From assembly GCA_004431415.1 (NCBI GenBank), contig QPMI01000588.1:1-64000 (forward strand): 64,000 nucleotides of DNA, given 5' to 3'. The notes beneath the pieces were generated by a model. That model was not told the origin of the DNA, ran no database searches, and saw only the letters and a list, made by a program, of their open reading frames with translations. Position numbers and translations under genes: made by a program. This DNA is from Cyanophora paradoxa CCMP329. Taxonomy: Eukaryota > Plantae > Glaucophyta. Shown in pieces: positions 36,001 through 48,231 of the stretch. Numbering within the stretch: position 1 is the first letter of the stretch; each line of letters opens with the position of its first letter.

Positions 36001-39000
36001 ATACAATATGACCTTCACTTGTTCAGGCCACGACACGAAGGCCTGCTTCTCGGTGTGTACATATAATGCATGTTGACTCATTGGCTCGCATAGCCACGAA
36101 GCACGCATATCGATCCTACGATTTAAATGGCTTCATTCGAACGGTTGTACTTGTGCTATAGCTACTCCGCGCAGGGGGACTACTGTACTGAGGAGAAGGC
36201 ATTCGAGACGAGTGGTGCGAGTTCCGACTTCCTCAGAGTGTGAGTGGCACCAAACATCAAATATTCATGCAACCTGGGCCGTTTTAAGTCCAACATTACA
36301 AATGAAATATAACTCAAGTCCATCTATTGCTAGCTACTCTGACTTGTTTTAGTCTCTCCTCCCGCTCATTTTTTCTTGACGCAACTGACTAGCTGTATAT
36401 ATATATTGTACTGTGACATTGGGCCGCGTAGGTGTCAGGCCAACGGATTCAAGTGGGTGGGCACCCAGCAGAAGGGCGACGCGACCAAAGCCAACTGCGC
36501 CCTCGTTGGCGTCGACTCCGAGATCGATTCGAACGTGACGTGAGCCTGGCAGTACACTTAGCGCTAGCGATTGAGCTCGAGTCTAGATCTAGGCTGATGT
36601 GCACGCGGGATTGGCGCAGCGCGCCGTGGGATCCGTATCATGTCATGGTCGGGGGCGTCAACGTCCTCAGGGGTGCGTGCGATATCAATATTCTTTGAAT
36701 CCGCCATGCAGAGTTTTGAAGCCCCAGACTAATCTATAGCCACATGCTATATATATCTGCGTGCGCACTGCGGCACCTGCAGGCTATGAAGACAAGACAT
36801 GCTTCGCGGTGTGTGCACGCGGCTCAGACTATAGCTAATTTACATCGAATAAGAGCTCTGAGAAGTCTGAGTGCGATCGATATCTTGACGTTGTATGCAT
36901 ATGCGCAGGGCACGGCATGCAATGGAACCGAAGGTCTTGCGGCGAGTGGTGTTGGAAGTGATTTCTGGAAAGCGTGAGCGTCGTCGATCTCGCCATCGCG
37001 AGAGCTTCTAGATCTATCTTTATCCTGCGCTTGGCCGAAATCTTGAGCCGTTTGGCTGATTGCAATTTCTAGATCTCTCTTCCTGATATTGATCCCTCCA
37101 AGACTGCGCTAGGCGTTTCAATTTCCATAAAATTTAAATGACGCAGATATCTGCATCTGATCATGCGTATGATCGTCACAGATGCCATGCCAACGGCTAC
37201 AATTCCGTGGCTACCTGGATGCTCACGGGCGATCCAAACTGGAAACCCATGGAGACTTGCTACTTTGTGAACGCCAACGGCGAGTCCAGTTCCGTACAGC
37301 AAGCGTGAGCCCCGCGATTTGCTTTTTATAATTAGAGGGGATCCGGAATCATGCAATTTGTTTACATACTACATATGCGCCTAGATCTGTTATAATTACC
37401 TGAGCTTGCCCGAGATTTTATATGTATATTTAGGCTGATCATGTGACGGTCCGACGGTCATCGGTTTGGGGCAGGACGTCGACGTCCTCGAGCGCGGATA
37501 GTAATACCAGCGCCACAGTCGGAGTCGGCGGGGTCGAGGTTGCGCGCGGTGCGTGCTCGCACGCATTCTTTTTCGATGATTCCGTGCTCTGACAGTACGC
37601 ACCCGCAGGGGATTACAACAAAGCCTGTTACAAGGTGTGCCGTTCTTAAAAACAAATACAGTATCCGTTCGGCCGACTCCGGATCATATTATAATATCCC
37701 TGCGCGTGCACGTGCATATGGGCATGTGCATTCGATGCGACATCGACGCCATTTTGCATTCTCAGGGCCCGGACTGCACTGAAGGCCAAGTTCTTGCGAC
37801 GAATGGCGTCGGGGGTGATTTCTGGAAAGCGTGCGCTTATCTTTAATTTGCATCCAGACCTCGATAAATAATTTATAGCTCGAGGCTGCGAGTTTATGCT
37901 TCCTTTACGATGCATAGTCGCTTTGATGGAGATGCCGCAGTGCGGATTGGATTTAACTAAGTGTCGCCGCGATCGCGCAGATGCCAAGCCAAGGGGTACA
38001 TGTCAGTGGCCGTGCAGCAGACGTGGGGTGGAGGCGACAAGGCGAAAGCCAGCTGCTTTAATGTGGGCAGCTCCGGCGAAGTCGACGCCAACAAAACGTA
38101 CGTCGCGCTGTTTCTTGTTAGCCCTGCGCATGCATGTACATAACGCGTTCGCCATTATCATGTGCAGAAGGCTAGACTAGACTAGCTGCAGCTCGAGCTC
38201 TAGATCTAACTCTAGGCCTGAGACCGAGGCTGAGTATTGCGCGCGCGCAGGGTGTCTTGGGCGCCGCTGGACCAGCTGGAGTTCAGCTCCGTTCAGCAAG
38301 CGTGAGCCCCGCGATTTGCTTTTTAGAGGGGATCCGGAATCATGCAATTTGTTTGCATACTACATATGCGCCTAGATCTGTTACCTGAGCTTGCCCGAGA
38401 TTTTATATGTATATTTAGGCTGATCATGTGACGGTCCGACGGTCATCGGTTTGGGGCAGGACGTCGACGTCCTCGAGCGCGGATAGTAATACCAGCGCCA
38501 CTGTCGGAGTCGGCGGGGTCGAGGTTGCGCGCGGTGCGTGCTCGCACGCATTCTTTTTCGATGATTCCGTGCTCTGACAGTACGCACCCGCAGGGGATTA
38601 CAACAAAGCCTGTTACAAGGTGTGCCGTTCTTAAAAACAAATACAGTATCCGTTCGGCCGACTCCGGATCATATTATAATATCCCTGCGCGTGCACGTGC
38701 ATATGGGCATGTGCATTCGATGCGACATCGACGCCATTTTGCATTCTCAGGGCCCGGACTGCACTGAAGGCCAAGTTCTTGCGACGAATGGCGTCGGGGG
38801 TGATTTCTGGAAAGCGTGCGCTTATCTTTAATTTGTATCCAGACCTCGATAAATAATTTATAGCTCGAGGCTGCGAGTTTTATGCTTCCTTTACGATGCA
38901 TAGTCGCTTTGATGGAGATGCCGCAGTGCGGATTGGATTTAACTAAGTGTCGCCGCGATCGCGCAGATGCCAAGCCAAGGGGTACATGTCAGTGGCCGTG

Positions 39001-41659
39001 CAGCAGACGTGGGGTGGAGGCGACAAGGCGAAAGCCAGCTGCTTTAATGTGGGCAGCTCCGGCGAAGTCGACGCCAACAAAACGTACGTCGCGCTGTTTC
39101 TTGTTAGCCCTGCGCATGCATGTACATAACGCGTTCGCCATTATCATGTGCAGAAGGCTAGACTAGACTAGCTGCAGCTCGAGCTCTAGATCTAACTCTA
39201 GGCCTGAGACCGAGGCTGAGTATTGCGCGCGCGCAGGGTGTCTTGGGCGCCGCTGGACCAGCTGGAGTTCAGCTCCGTTCAGCAAGCGTGAGCCCCGCGA
39301 TTTGCTTTTTAGAGGGGATCCGGAATCATGCAATTTGTTTGCATACTACATATGCGCCTAGATCTGTTACCTGAGCTTGCCCGAGATTTTATATGTATAT
39401 TTAGGCTGATCATGTGACGGTCCGACGGTCATCGGTTTGGGGCAGGACGTCGACGTCCTCGAGCGCGGATAGTAATACCAGCGCCACAGTCGGAGTCGGC
39501 GGGGTCGAGGTTGCGCGCGGTGCGTGCTCGCACGCATTCTTTTTCGATGATTCCGTGCTCTGACAGTACGCACCCGCAGGGGATTACAACAAAGCCTGTT
39601 ACAAGGTGTGCCGTTCTTAAAAACAAATACAGTATCCGTTCGGCCGACTCCGGATCATATTATAATATCCCTGCGCGTGCACGTGCATATGGGCATGTGC
39701 ATTCGATGCGACATCGACGCCATTTTGCATTCTCAGGGCCCGGACTGCACTGAAGGCCAAGTTCTTGCGACGAATGGCGTCGGGGGTGATTTCTGGAAAG
39801 CGTGCGCTTATCTTTAATTTGCATCCAGACCTCGATAAATAATTTATAGCTCGAGGCTGCGAGTTTATGCTTCCTTTACGATGCATAGTCGCTTTGATGG
39901 AGATGCCGCAGTGCGGATTGGATTTAACTAAGTGTCGCCGCGATCGCGCAGATGCCAAGCCAAGGGGTACATGTCAGTGGCCGTGCAGCAGACGTGGGGT
40001 GGAGGCGACAAGGCGAAAGCCAGCTGCTTTAATGTGGGCAGCTCCGGCGAAGTCGACGCCAACAAAACGTACGTCGCGCTGTTTCTTGTTAGCCCTGCGC
40101 ATGCATGTACATAACGCGTTCGCCATTATCATGTGCAGAAGGCTAGACTAGACTAGCTGCAGCTCGAGCTCTAGATCTAACTCTAGGCCTGAGACCGAGG
40201 CTGAGTATTGCGCGCGCGCAGGGTGTCTTGGGCGCCGCTGGACCAGCTGGAGTTCAGCTCCGTTCAGCAAGCGTGAGCCCCGCGATTTGCTTTTTAGAGG
40301 GGATCCGGAATCATGCAATTTGTTTGCATACTACATATGCGCCTAGATCTGTTACCTGAGCTTGCCCGAGATTTTATATGTATATTTAGGCTGATCATGT
40401 GACGGTCCGACGGTCATCGGTTTGGGGCAGGACGTCGACGTCCTCGAGCGCGGATAGTAATACCAGCGCCACAGTCGGAGTCGGCGGGTCGAGGTTGCGC
40501 GCGGTGCGTGCTCGCACGCATTCTTTTTCGATGATTCCGTGCTCTGACAGTACGCACCCGCAGGGGATTACAACAAAGCCTGTTACAAGGTGTGCCGTTC
40601 TTAAAAACAAATACAGTATCCGTTCGGCCGACTCCGGATCATATTATAATATCCCTGCGCGTGCACGTGCATATGGGCATGTGCATTCGATGCGACATCG
40701 ACGCCATTTTGCATTCTCAGGGCCCGGACTGCACTGAAGGCCAAGTTCTTGCGACGAATGGCGTCGGGGGTGATTTCTGGAAAGCGTGCGCTTATCTTTA
40801 ATTTGCATCCAGACCTCGATAAATAATTTATAGCTCGAGGCTGCGAGTTTATGCTTCCTTTACGATGCATAGTCGCTTTGATGGAGATGCCGCAGTGCGA
40901 ATCGGATTCAACTAAGTGTCGCCGCGATCGCGCAGATGCCAAGCCAAGGGGTACATGTCAGTGGCCGTGCAGCAGACGTGGGGTGGAGGCGACAATGCGA
41001 AAGCCAGCTGCTTTAATGTGGGCAGCTCCGGCGAAGTCGACGCCAACAAAACGTACGTCGCGCTGTTTCTTGTTAGCCCTGCGCATGCATGTACATAACG
41101 CGTTCGCCATTATCATGTGCAGAAGGCTAGACTAGACTAGCTGCAGCTCGAGCTCTAGATCTAACTCTAGGCCTGAGACCGAGGCTGAGTATTGCGCGCG
41201 CGCAGGGTGTCTTGGGCGCCGCTGGACCAGGGTGCGGTCATCGTACGCGAGGCTGACCTGGAGGCAAGCAGTCCCCCCCCCTCCCCCCGCCCCCCCACCC
41301 CCCCCCCCACCCCCCACCCCCACCCCAGCCCCAGCTCCCCACACCCACCCGCCCCCACCATCACCTCCTCTTCTTACCCTCCCGCCCCGCCTTCGTTTTC
41401 CCCCTTCTTCCCTTCCTCCCCCCCGCCCCCTCCCTCCCCGCCGCTCCCTCACCCCCCTTCCCCCCGCCCCCCCCCCTCCTCCGCGAAGATGACGCCTTTA
41501 CTGTGATATTAATCGAGCTGGGGATCGATCGCGCAGGCGAATGAGCTGGAGGGGGCCCTGCAGCTGGATTGCGAGGAGGAGGCGGTGGACGCGGCGGAGT
41601 GGGCGCTCGCGATCGCCGCCGATTTGGAGGCCGATGCTGCTCTCGGCATCTGTTTCTAA
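33031..41659 (+). CDS. Uncharacterised protein of nine tandem ~82-aa four-Cys domains, each encoded by a small-exon cassette; 5' end not located
   Basis: Unit 1 exons 33423-33448 (GDYTKACFT), 33536-33600 (GPDCTG...DFWKA), 33928-34038 (CQRNG...CYNV...), 34140-34183 (VLWDSILGGVAIERG) splice in frame at GT-AG sites. The same exon types and phases recur nine times. Acidic last exon ends ...AALGICF* at 41659. No ATG found. Confidence 0.8.
37282..41230 (+). repeat. Four near-identical tandem copies of a ~985-bp unit inside the repeat-domain gene
   Basis: Equivalent exon starts at 37609, 38594, 39580, 40564 (periods 985, 986, 984). Introns are also nearly identical. Confidence 0.97.
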
Positions 41660-41857
41660 TTGCAATCGTAGGGCAGCCGCACGCGTACGCGGACATGCAC
41701 GTGCAGGCTGCTCAACATCTCACATCACGAAATCCGGTATATATATACGTAAACGTAGCTTTAGATATTAATATTCGATTCACATGGAGTGTTCGCCATG
41801 GCCACCGGCACGGTGACAACTGGCGATCGTTGGGCAGGTATATATATGCATGTAAAC

Positions 41858-42157
41858 TGTCGCGTGCGGGATTAGTAGTAAGGCACGCGGGGAGGCTCCC
41901 GGTCGAGCGTGGCTCGACGGGGCTCAGTGGATCACGAGGGATCGCTATCGCTTCTGTAGTATTGCAAGTAACACTGTATCCCTAATGAATGATGTGTACC
42001 CGGACAGGCCCGGCGTACCCGTATTAGCTATAATAAGAGGCGGCCGAGGCGTACTGACGCCGACGTCGGCCCTAGCAGCACGTAGGCTGCACTAGCCACT
42101 AGCAGCACGAAGGCTGCACTATCTAGCTCCGCATGCACGATAATCATGCATGCGACA
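41858..42157 (-). repeat. 3' LTR
   Basis: TG...CA with short terminal inverted repeat. Identical to 47874-48173 except 4 clustered substitutions. Confidence 0.95.
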
Positions 42158-45100
42158 ACTCCTCCACTCGGAAGGCCACGTCCTCGTGGGCTAAGTACCA
42201 CGGAAATCACTACAAGCAAGCATATTTACAAGATTTCGCGGCAGGACACTGCCGGGAATAAAAGACTGGAAGCCGTATTTACAGATCCGCGAATTTCGCG
42301 CACGCCGGCGGCTCGACTGCCGGGAATTGAAAATAGACAAGTGGCCGGCTACTGCCGGGAATTGAAGAAGACCGCTAGCCGGCTGAGGCTATTCACATCG
42401 CTAAATCATCGAATCTCTAAATCAAAGCCAAGGTCTAATTATATAAATCATTTTACCAAATTCTAAATGTAAAACTGGGTCATGATCAAGGGGGCGGCAA
42501 TGGGCCGCAAATAATCGTCCGTCTCCGGCCCAGCGGGCCAAGGTCAAGCTTCGAGCCGGCGGCTCAAGGGGATGAGGAATTGGTTTGTTCATTGGATGTC
42601 TTTCCACAGCGGGCTCTCGCCCAGATGCCATGCAAGCCCCGCGAGAGCACGCCGCAGATGCGAACGCGAAAGAGCAGCGCGGGGCGACGTGGCGCGCAGG
42701 CAGCGCACGGCCCCCTCCGGTGTGCCCCCCAACCGCGACGCGGTCGAGTGACCCAAGTGCGAGCCGCGCAGGGCTCCACCCAGGCGAGCACCCCTTAGGC
42801 TCTCGCAGTGGTGAAGTACAGGTAATCGGATCGGCGGGGATTCAACCGTGCCGACGAGGATAGAGCCGGCTCTGGGACCGGGTACCGCTCACAAGAGTGC
42901 ATTCCGGTTTTGCCGCACGCGGCGCCGAGCACCCCTGCCCGAGCCCGTGACTTCCATCTAGGAGAGAAGAGCCAGCATCGAGCGTCCCCGATGTGGATTC
43001 TCATGCATGAGAGACGTTGAGCTCTCGTCGTCGTGCACGGACCTTGAGCCGGCCGACCGCCCATTCACTGGGACTTCGATTCAGGATAGGGCCCAGGGGT
43101 CGTTTAGCCCCGTCGCGCCGTTCTCGTCAGGAACGCGCCAAGATCGGGGTCGTCAAGCCCCGTCGCTCACTATGGGCGGAGGGCAAGTCTGCCCGTCACG
43201 TCGCTCGACGTCGAGTCGAAGCGCGCCGCCTGGATGCCAACTGAACGGGCGTCCCCAGGACTTCATTCGCTCACGATGGGCGGGGCAATAATGCCCGTCA
43301 CACGCTCGGCTCGTGGCCGCAGCGCGCCGCCTGGATGCCAACTCGGCGGGCGTTACCAGGACTTGAATTCAATTGCAATGAATTCATAATTGTCAGGCCC
43401 GCAATAGAGCCGTCGCTGCGCCAGGTTCGGGGCCAGTGCCAGCGGCCTGACCGTCTCGCGGAGCGCGCCGCGGGCCAGGACTTTGCTTCGGGCTCGAGCT
43501 TTCGAGGGCACCATGGCCTCAGGCTCGGCCTTCTTTGGAGCTCGGAGGCTCACAAATTTTGCAGGGGCTCGAGAGGCCGCCTGTCAAGCTCACGACGCGC
43601 GGCCAAGCGCTGGGCCAGGCGTCTCGCGATCGCCTCGGGCGTCGCGATCGAGCTTTCTTTGAGAGTGCATCCCGAGCTCGGGGCCCGCGGATCACGTCTC
43701 GCATCGCGAGGGCATCGGGGCCGCTCGCCTGGAGCGCTTCAGCTCCAGCGCGCGATGGGGCCAAGGGCCGCATCTTTCAGCGCGCTCGTCGTCATGATCA
43801 GCTCCCTAGCGCATGCGCGCAGGCTGAGAGCCTCGCTGGGGCTCGACGGAGCAGCGTGCAGCGGGCACGGGCCTTGGGCCGCGACCTCTTACTTTCAGCA
43901 CGTGCGAAGGCAGCTTCCCGCCGCAGACTCTCGGGCCTTGCGGAATCCGGAGCTCCTTGCAATTTCAATTGCATGAGACGGGGCCATGAGGCTCCTCGCC
44001 CATCTTCAGCTCTCTTGGGCGGGCCGCGACTTGCGAGCCTCGCTGGAGCTTTTATTGCAGCGTGAGTCGGGCTGCAGGCCCAGCCCCCTCAGCTCACGTT
44101 TGAGCTCGGCAGCTCAGCTCGCCGAAGCTCGCAATCGGCAGCGCTAGCCTGGCATGGGGGCCGTCGGCCTCGCATTCACGCTTGGCTGCAGCTCGCCCGA
44201 CTGGGTGTGCAAGAACGCACGCTCGCTACGGCTCGGAGGCCGATCACGGCGTTCCTCAGGGGGTCCGCTAGAGGGACTCCTCCTCTCGGAAGACTGACAC
44301 CCGCAGCAGCAACCGCGCCGCCCGGTGGGGTGTGTACCGGCGTGCCTCAGGGCGTCGGGCCGCCTCTTCAGCGAGCTCTATGGCTCACTTCGCGAGAGAG
44401 GATCTCATCACTGAATTCGCACACACCGAGACAGTACAGCTAGTGATGTAACTGGGGTGTCTGACTGTGTCATGTCGAAAGGTAACAATTTAGGCTAAGG
44501 CGCAATGCTAGCCATCAGAAACCGGACAGGGTGGAGCTATTGTACTGAGGAAAGCGACCTACACACACCTAGCAACGCTACTTACTCCTACCTAGAGAGC
44601 CAAATCAGGACAGAGCAACCATAACCCCCCCTCAAGACGTGGGAGCCTACAGGAGAGAACCCAGGTATAAGCGAGGATATGGGGTTGGAGCCGCGCAGCC
44701 TGAACTATAGCCCTCCATCTGATAGGGAAGATGCACACTAAGGAACAAAGCCAGCTAACCCCAGGGAGGGCCGGAAACCGGAGCCCGTGAGAGCCCGGGT
44801 GAAAACCGGCGGGCGCACAGCGTCGCCAGCCGAGACCAGCAAGCTGTGCTCCTCGGCCGAGAGATACCTCCTCCAGCTGGCGCGCGTGCGCACGCGGAAT
44901 CCGCTGCGGCGGGGGTTGGGAGGCCCCGGGCCGCCCGAGTGCTCAGAAGCACATCGCCTCGCCAGGAATCCAAGCATCTGTGCGGCCGCGACGCCCACGG
45001 CCGCGACGCGGGCGTGCACTCACACGACCGACGATCATCTGCGCGGGCGCAGCGCAGGTCGCCGACCCCATAGCCGCGGGCGGCCGATCGCTACCGCCGA

Positions 45101-45845
45101 GAAGTGCTTGGGCTGAACGAGAGAGCAGCTGCTAAAGCCGCCGCTGGTGTCCGCTGGAGTGGCTCGCCGAACCGACCCACGGAGCGGATTCCTAACGGAC
45201 GCGCGGCTAACCAGCTAAAGGAGGGATGGAGGCGCCGCCGAGGCGATTCGCGGCAGCCGGAGAGGCGCCCAGCGGGCAGGAGCCCGCCACCTACTTTCTC
45301 TCCAGGTCGGGGTACGCGAATCCGCGAGAGAGGATGAACTCCTCCTCTCGGAAGACTTGTACCCTCCCGGAGGGGTTCGCAACGCTTGGTTTCGCGCTGA
45401 GGGCGAACCGGATGCCAATATTTACAAATATTTACAAATTTACAAGGGGCTCATCACGTGCTCACGCACAGCCGGCTGCGCGAGATGCGCACCAGGGCCC
45501 ACTCACAATATTAATCGCGAGAGGAAGGAAGGACTCCTCCTCTCGGAAAGCGCTGTACCCGTCGCTAGGGTACGGCCGGCCCCGATCAGGCCTCAGGAGG
45601 CGCGAGCTCGTGGCTCGTCTGCTCACTCCTCTTCTCGGAAAACGTCGTCCCCGACGTCAAGAGTTTATGTACAAATGTACAAATGTACAGCCCGCTCATG
45701 GCAGGTATACTGGCCGCTATATTTCAGCGACACGCCGGCGCTTTCGCAGAAGGCCGGGGGCTGGCGAAAAATTGCGCGGTGCTTCGCAAAATTTTTAGGG
45801 CCTTGCTCTGGCGGCTGCCCAAGCCGGCCAGGCCCAACGAGAATT

Positions 45846-47391
45846 TTACTCGTCCGTGGGGGCAGGTGCCGGCAGGGCCAGAGGGGCCTTGCCCTTGGCA
45901 CGAGTCGGCGGGTCGGGGCAGGCACTGTGGTGGTGCCCGGCTTCGCCGCAGCGACCGCAGACCTCGTTTGCCGCTTCATCCTCATACTCATCATTGTATG
46001 AGTCGTCGTACGATTCGTCGTACGCTTCAGCTGGGGCACCCGCCTGGTCATTCCGCACCCAGGGGTGGCGGGGGGCGTGGGGGGGGCGCTTCGGGCAAAG
46101 GAAAGCCCAGTGAAGGCGCTCGGAGGCTGGGACACTGGGGTCGCCAGCACAGTTCCAGCACTCAGCCGGAGGGTACTGAGGGTACCCAAGCTCAGCCATG
46201 CGCTGCATCACAGCGGCAAGGGCGCCTGGCGAGCTAGACTGCACGGCCCAAGAGGACCCATGTGCAGAAACGAGGGACCGGGCCTCGCGATCAGCTGCAG
46301 GAGGGGGGTCACGCCCAGCCTCAGCAGGAGCCGCTGCTGCAGCTGCAGGCTTCACAGCCTTAATTGGCGTGGCATCCACGTCGCCGGCATACGGCGGAGC
46401 CTTGAAGCCGGCCGGCCCTTGGAGCGCTTTGCCGAGGGCTCAGTCTCCTGGGACGGCTCCTGCAGCAGGCGCACGGTCCGGCGACCGTGGCGGTCGCACT
46501 GCTCCTCGAAAATCCTTTCGGCGCGCAGGGGCGTGAGATCGGCCCGAAGCGCGCGAACTCGCCGCGGAGCTCCTGCAGAATGTACGTCATCGTATTCTCA
46601 TTCTGGCGCGCGCCGATCGCAGCGCGAACTTCGTAGTTGTCATACTGCGGGTCGAGCCCGGTCTGACGGCGCGAGAGAGCGTTCCCAATCACGGTGATCA
46701 AGTGCTCAGCGTATGATTTGCCCGCGGGGCGCGTGTGGCGCACGTGCGGGGCGATCCAGTTCACCCACGTCAGCGGGTCTTCGCCCGTGTACGCAGCGTT
46801 GATCGCGGCTTCAGCGACGTGGGGCAGGCCCTTCGTCACGCGCGCAATGATGTACTTCGCAACGCCCGGAGCGCGCTGGAAGTTATTGCGGCCCTCAGCG
46901 ATCTCAGCCTCGAGACGCGTGATTGCATTCTCGAGCTGCAGGATCTCGGCCTCGGTCTCAGGGAGCCGGGCCTCGATAGGCAAGGCAGTCAGCACGGCCA
47001 GCCGCGCGCGCTTGCTGGCAAGGTATTCTTTAGTCTCTTCCAGCTGGTCACGCATGCGCTGCATCTGGGAGCGCAGCGAGCCCTTGCAGAGCTGCGAGAC
47101 CATGAAGCCGCCAAGAGCTTCAACCTTGGTCCAGTTGTCTCCCTCGGGCTCATACGCATACTTATGCGCCTGAGTGGAGACGAAAGTGCTAATCTGCTGG
47201 CGCCACTCATCGACTTCTTCGATGGTAGGGTTCGCAGACAGCGGAGTGATGGAGGGCAAGCCCTTCGCATCAACTGCGGGCGCCGCAGCAGCCATCTGCT
47301 GAACGGAGACGCCACTCACAGGCGCGGTCGAGTTGAGTGCGATCATGCGATCACGCTCACTCGCCGGCAGCTCAACTGGAAGCCGCGACAT
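45846..47391 (-). pseudogene. gag: gag-like gene, apparently split by frameshifts near 46545 and 46415
   Basis: 343-aa ORF 46360-47391 plus ORF 45846-46379 carrying CGRCGEAGHHHSAC (CX2CX4HX4C, 45918-45959) and a CX2CX12HX4C variant. The shifts fall near short G runs, so they could be consensus errors. Confidence 0.75.
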
Positions 47392-47873
47392 GGCAGGCTC
47401 TCACAGTGGCAAGTACAAGGCAGATCAAATTTGAGCTCGAAGCTCTTTGAGGCCGAGTCGCCGCGTAAAACGCGGGATTTCGACGGCACAGACGACGATA
47501 TGTTGCTAGCGCAACACACCGGAGCACAATCCAGGCTCGCAGGCCAGGGATCGGCGATGGCACAAAGTTGCCCTCGAGGGGAACTTCGGCGGCTCGACGC
47601 GCACGAGGGCGGTCGGCTCTAGCGCGGCGCGCGGCCGGCTCTTCAGCACGCAGGGCAAGAGTTCCGATTAAAGAACTCAAGCCAGCCAGTCTCCGGGGTC
47701 ACCGGAACGCAGGCCCTCACTTTTCGGCGACCGGGGTTGACCGGAGGCTTACTGTGAGCAAACGTGTGGGAATGTCACTACGATGCTACGGTGCGCGTGC
47801 GCGGCGCGCGCGAAGGCGGGATCGCGAGCGACCCGACCTGACCCTTAAAGATTCAGCTCCGAGCAGTGGCGCC

Positions 47874-48173
47874 TGTCGCGTGCGGGATTAGTGGGGAAGC
47901 ACGCGGGGAGGCTCCCGGTCGAGCGTGGCTCGACGGGGCTCAGTGGATCACGAGGGATCGCTATCGCTTCTGTAGTATTGCAAGTAACACTGTATCCCTA
48001 ATGAATGATGTGTACCCGGACAGGCCCGGCGTACCCGTATTAGCTATAATAAGAGGCGGCCGAGGCGTACTGACGCCGACGTCGGCCCTAGCAGCACGTA
48101 GGCTGCACTAGCCACTAGCAGCACGAAGGCTGCACTATCTAGCTCCGCATGCACGATAATCATGCATGCGACA
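47874..48173 (-). repeat. 5' LTR
   Basis: Direct repeat of 41858-42157. Confidence 0.95.
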
Positions 48174-48231
48174 TAAACAATATATATATATATATTAATA
48201 TAATATTCTCGAATCTCATGTTGCTTTCTGG

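Larger units (their letters stand above)
41858..48173 (-). mobile_element. Full-length non-autonomous (gag-only) LTR retrotransposon, probably Ty3/gypsy-related
   Basis: Two 300-bp LTRs TGTCGC...GCGACA. 5-bp TSD TAAAC (41853-41857, 48174-48178). Purine tract GAGTGGAGGAGT abuts the left LTR on the minus strand. PBS-like GGCGCCACTGCTCGG abuts the right LTR. Gag with zinc knuckle, no pol motifs seen. Confidence 0.93.

Noticed and set aside
37282-41230. CRISPR-like or satellite array
   Set aside because: Units are ~985 bp with no unique spacers and consist of exons plus introns of a protein-coding gene
41192-41506. Extensin-like Pro-rich C-terminal tail for the repeat-domain protein
   Set aside because: It is a noisy poly-C tract bounded by GAG|GCAAGC and CGCAG|. 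Splicing it out gives a clean in-frame last exon, so it is more likely an intron.
41858-48173. Retrozyme (hammerhead-bearing non-autonomous LTR element)
   Set aside because: No CTGAnGA...GAAA core with flanking stems found in the LTRs by eye; an Infernal search would settle it
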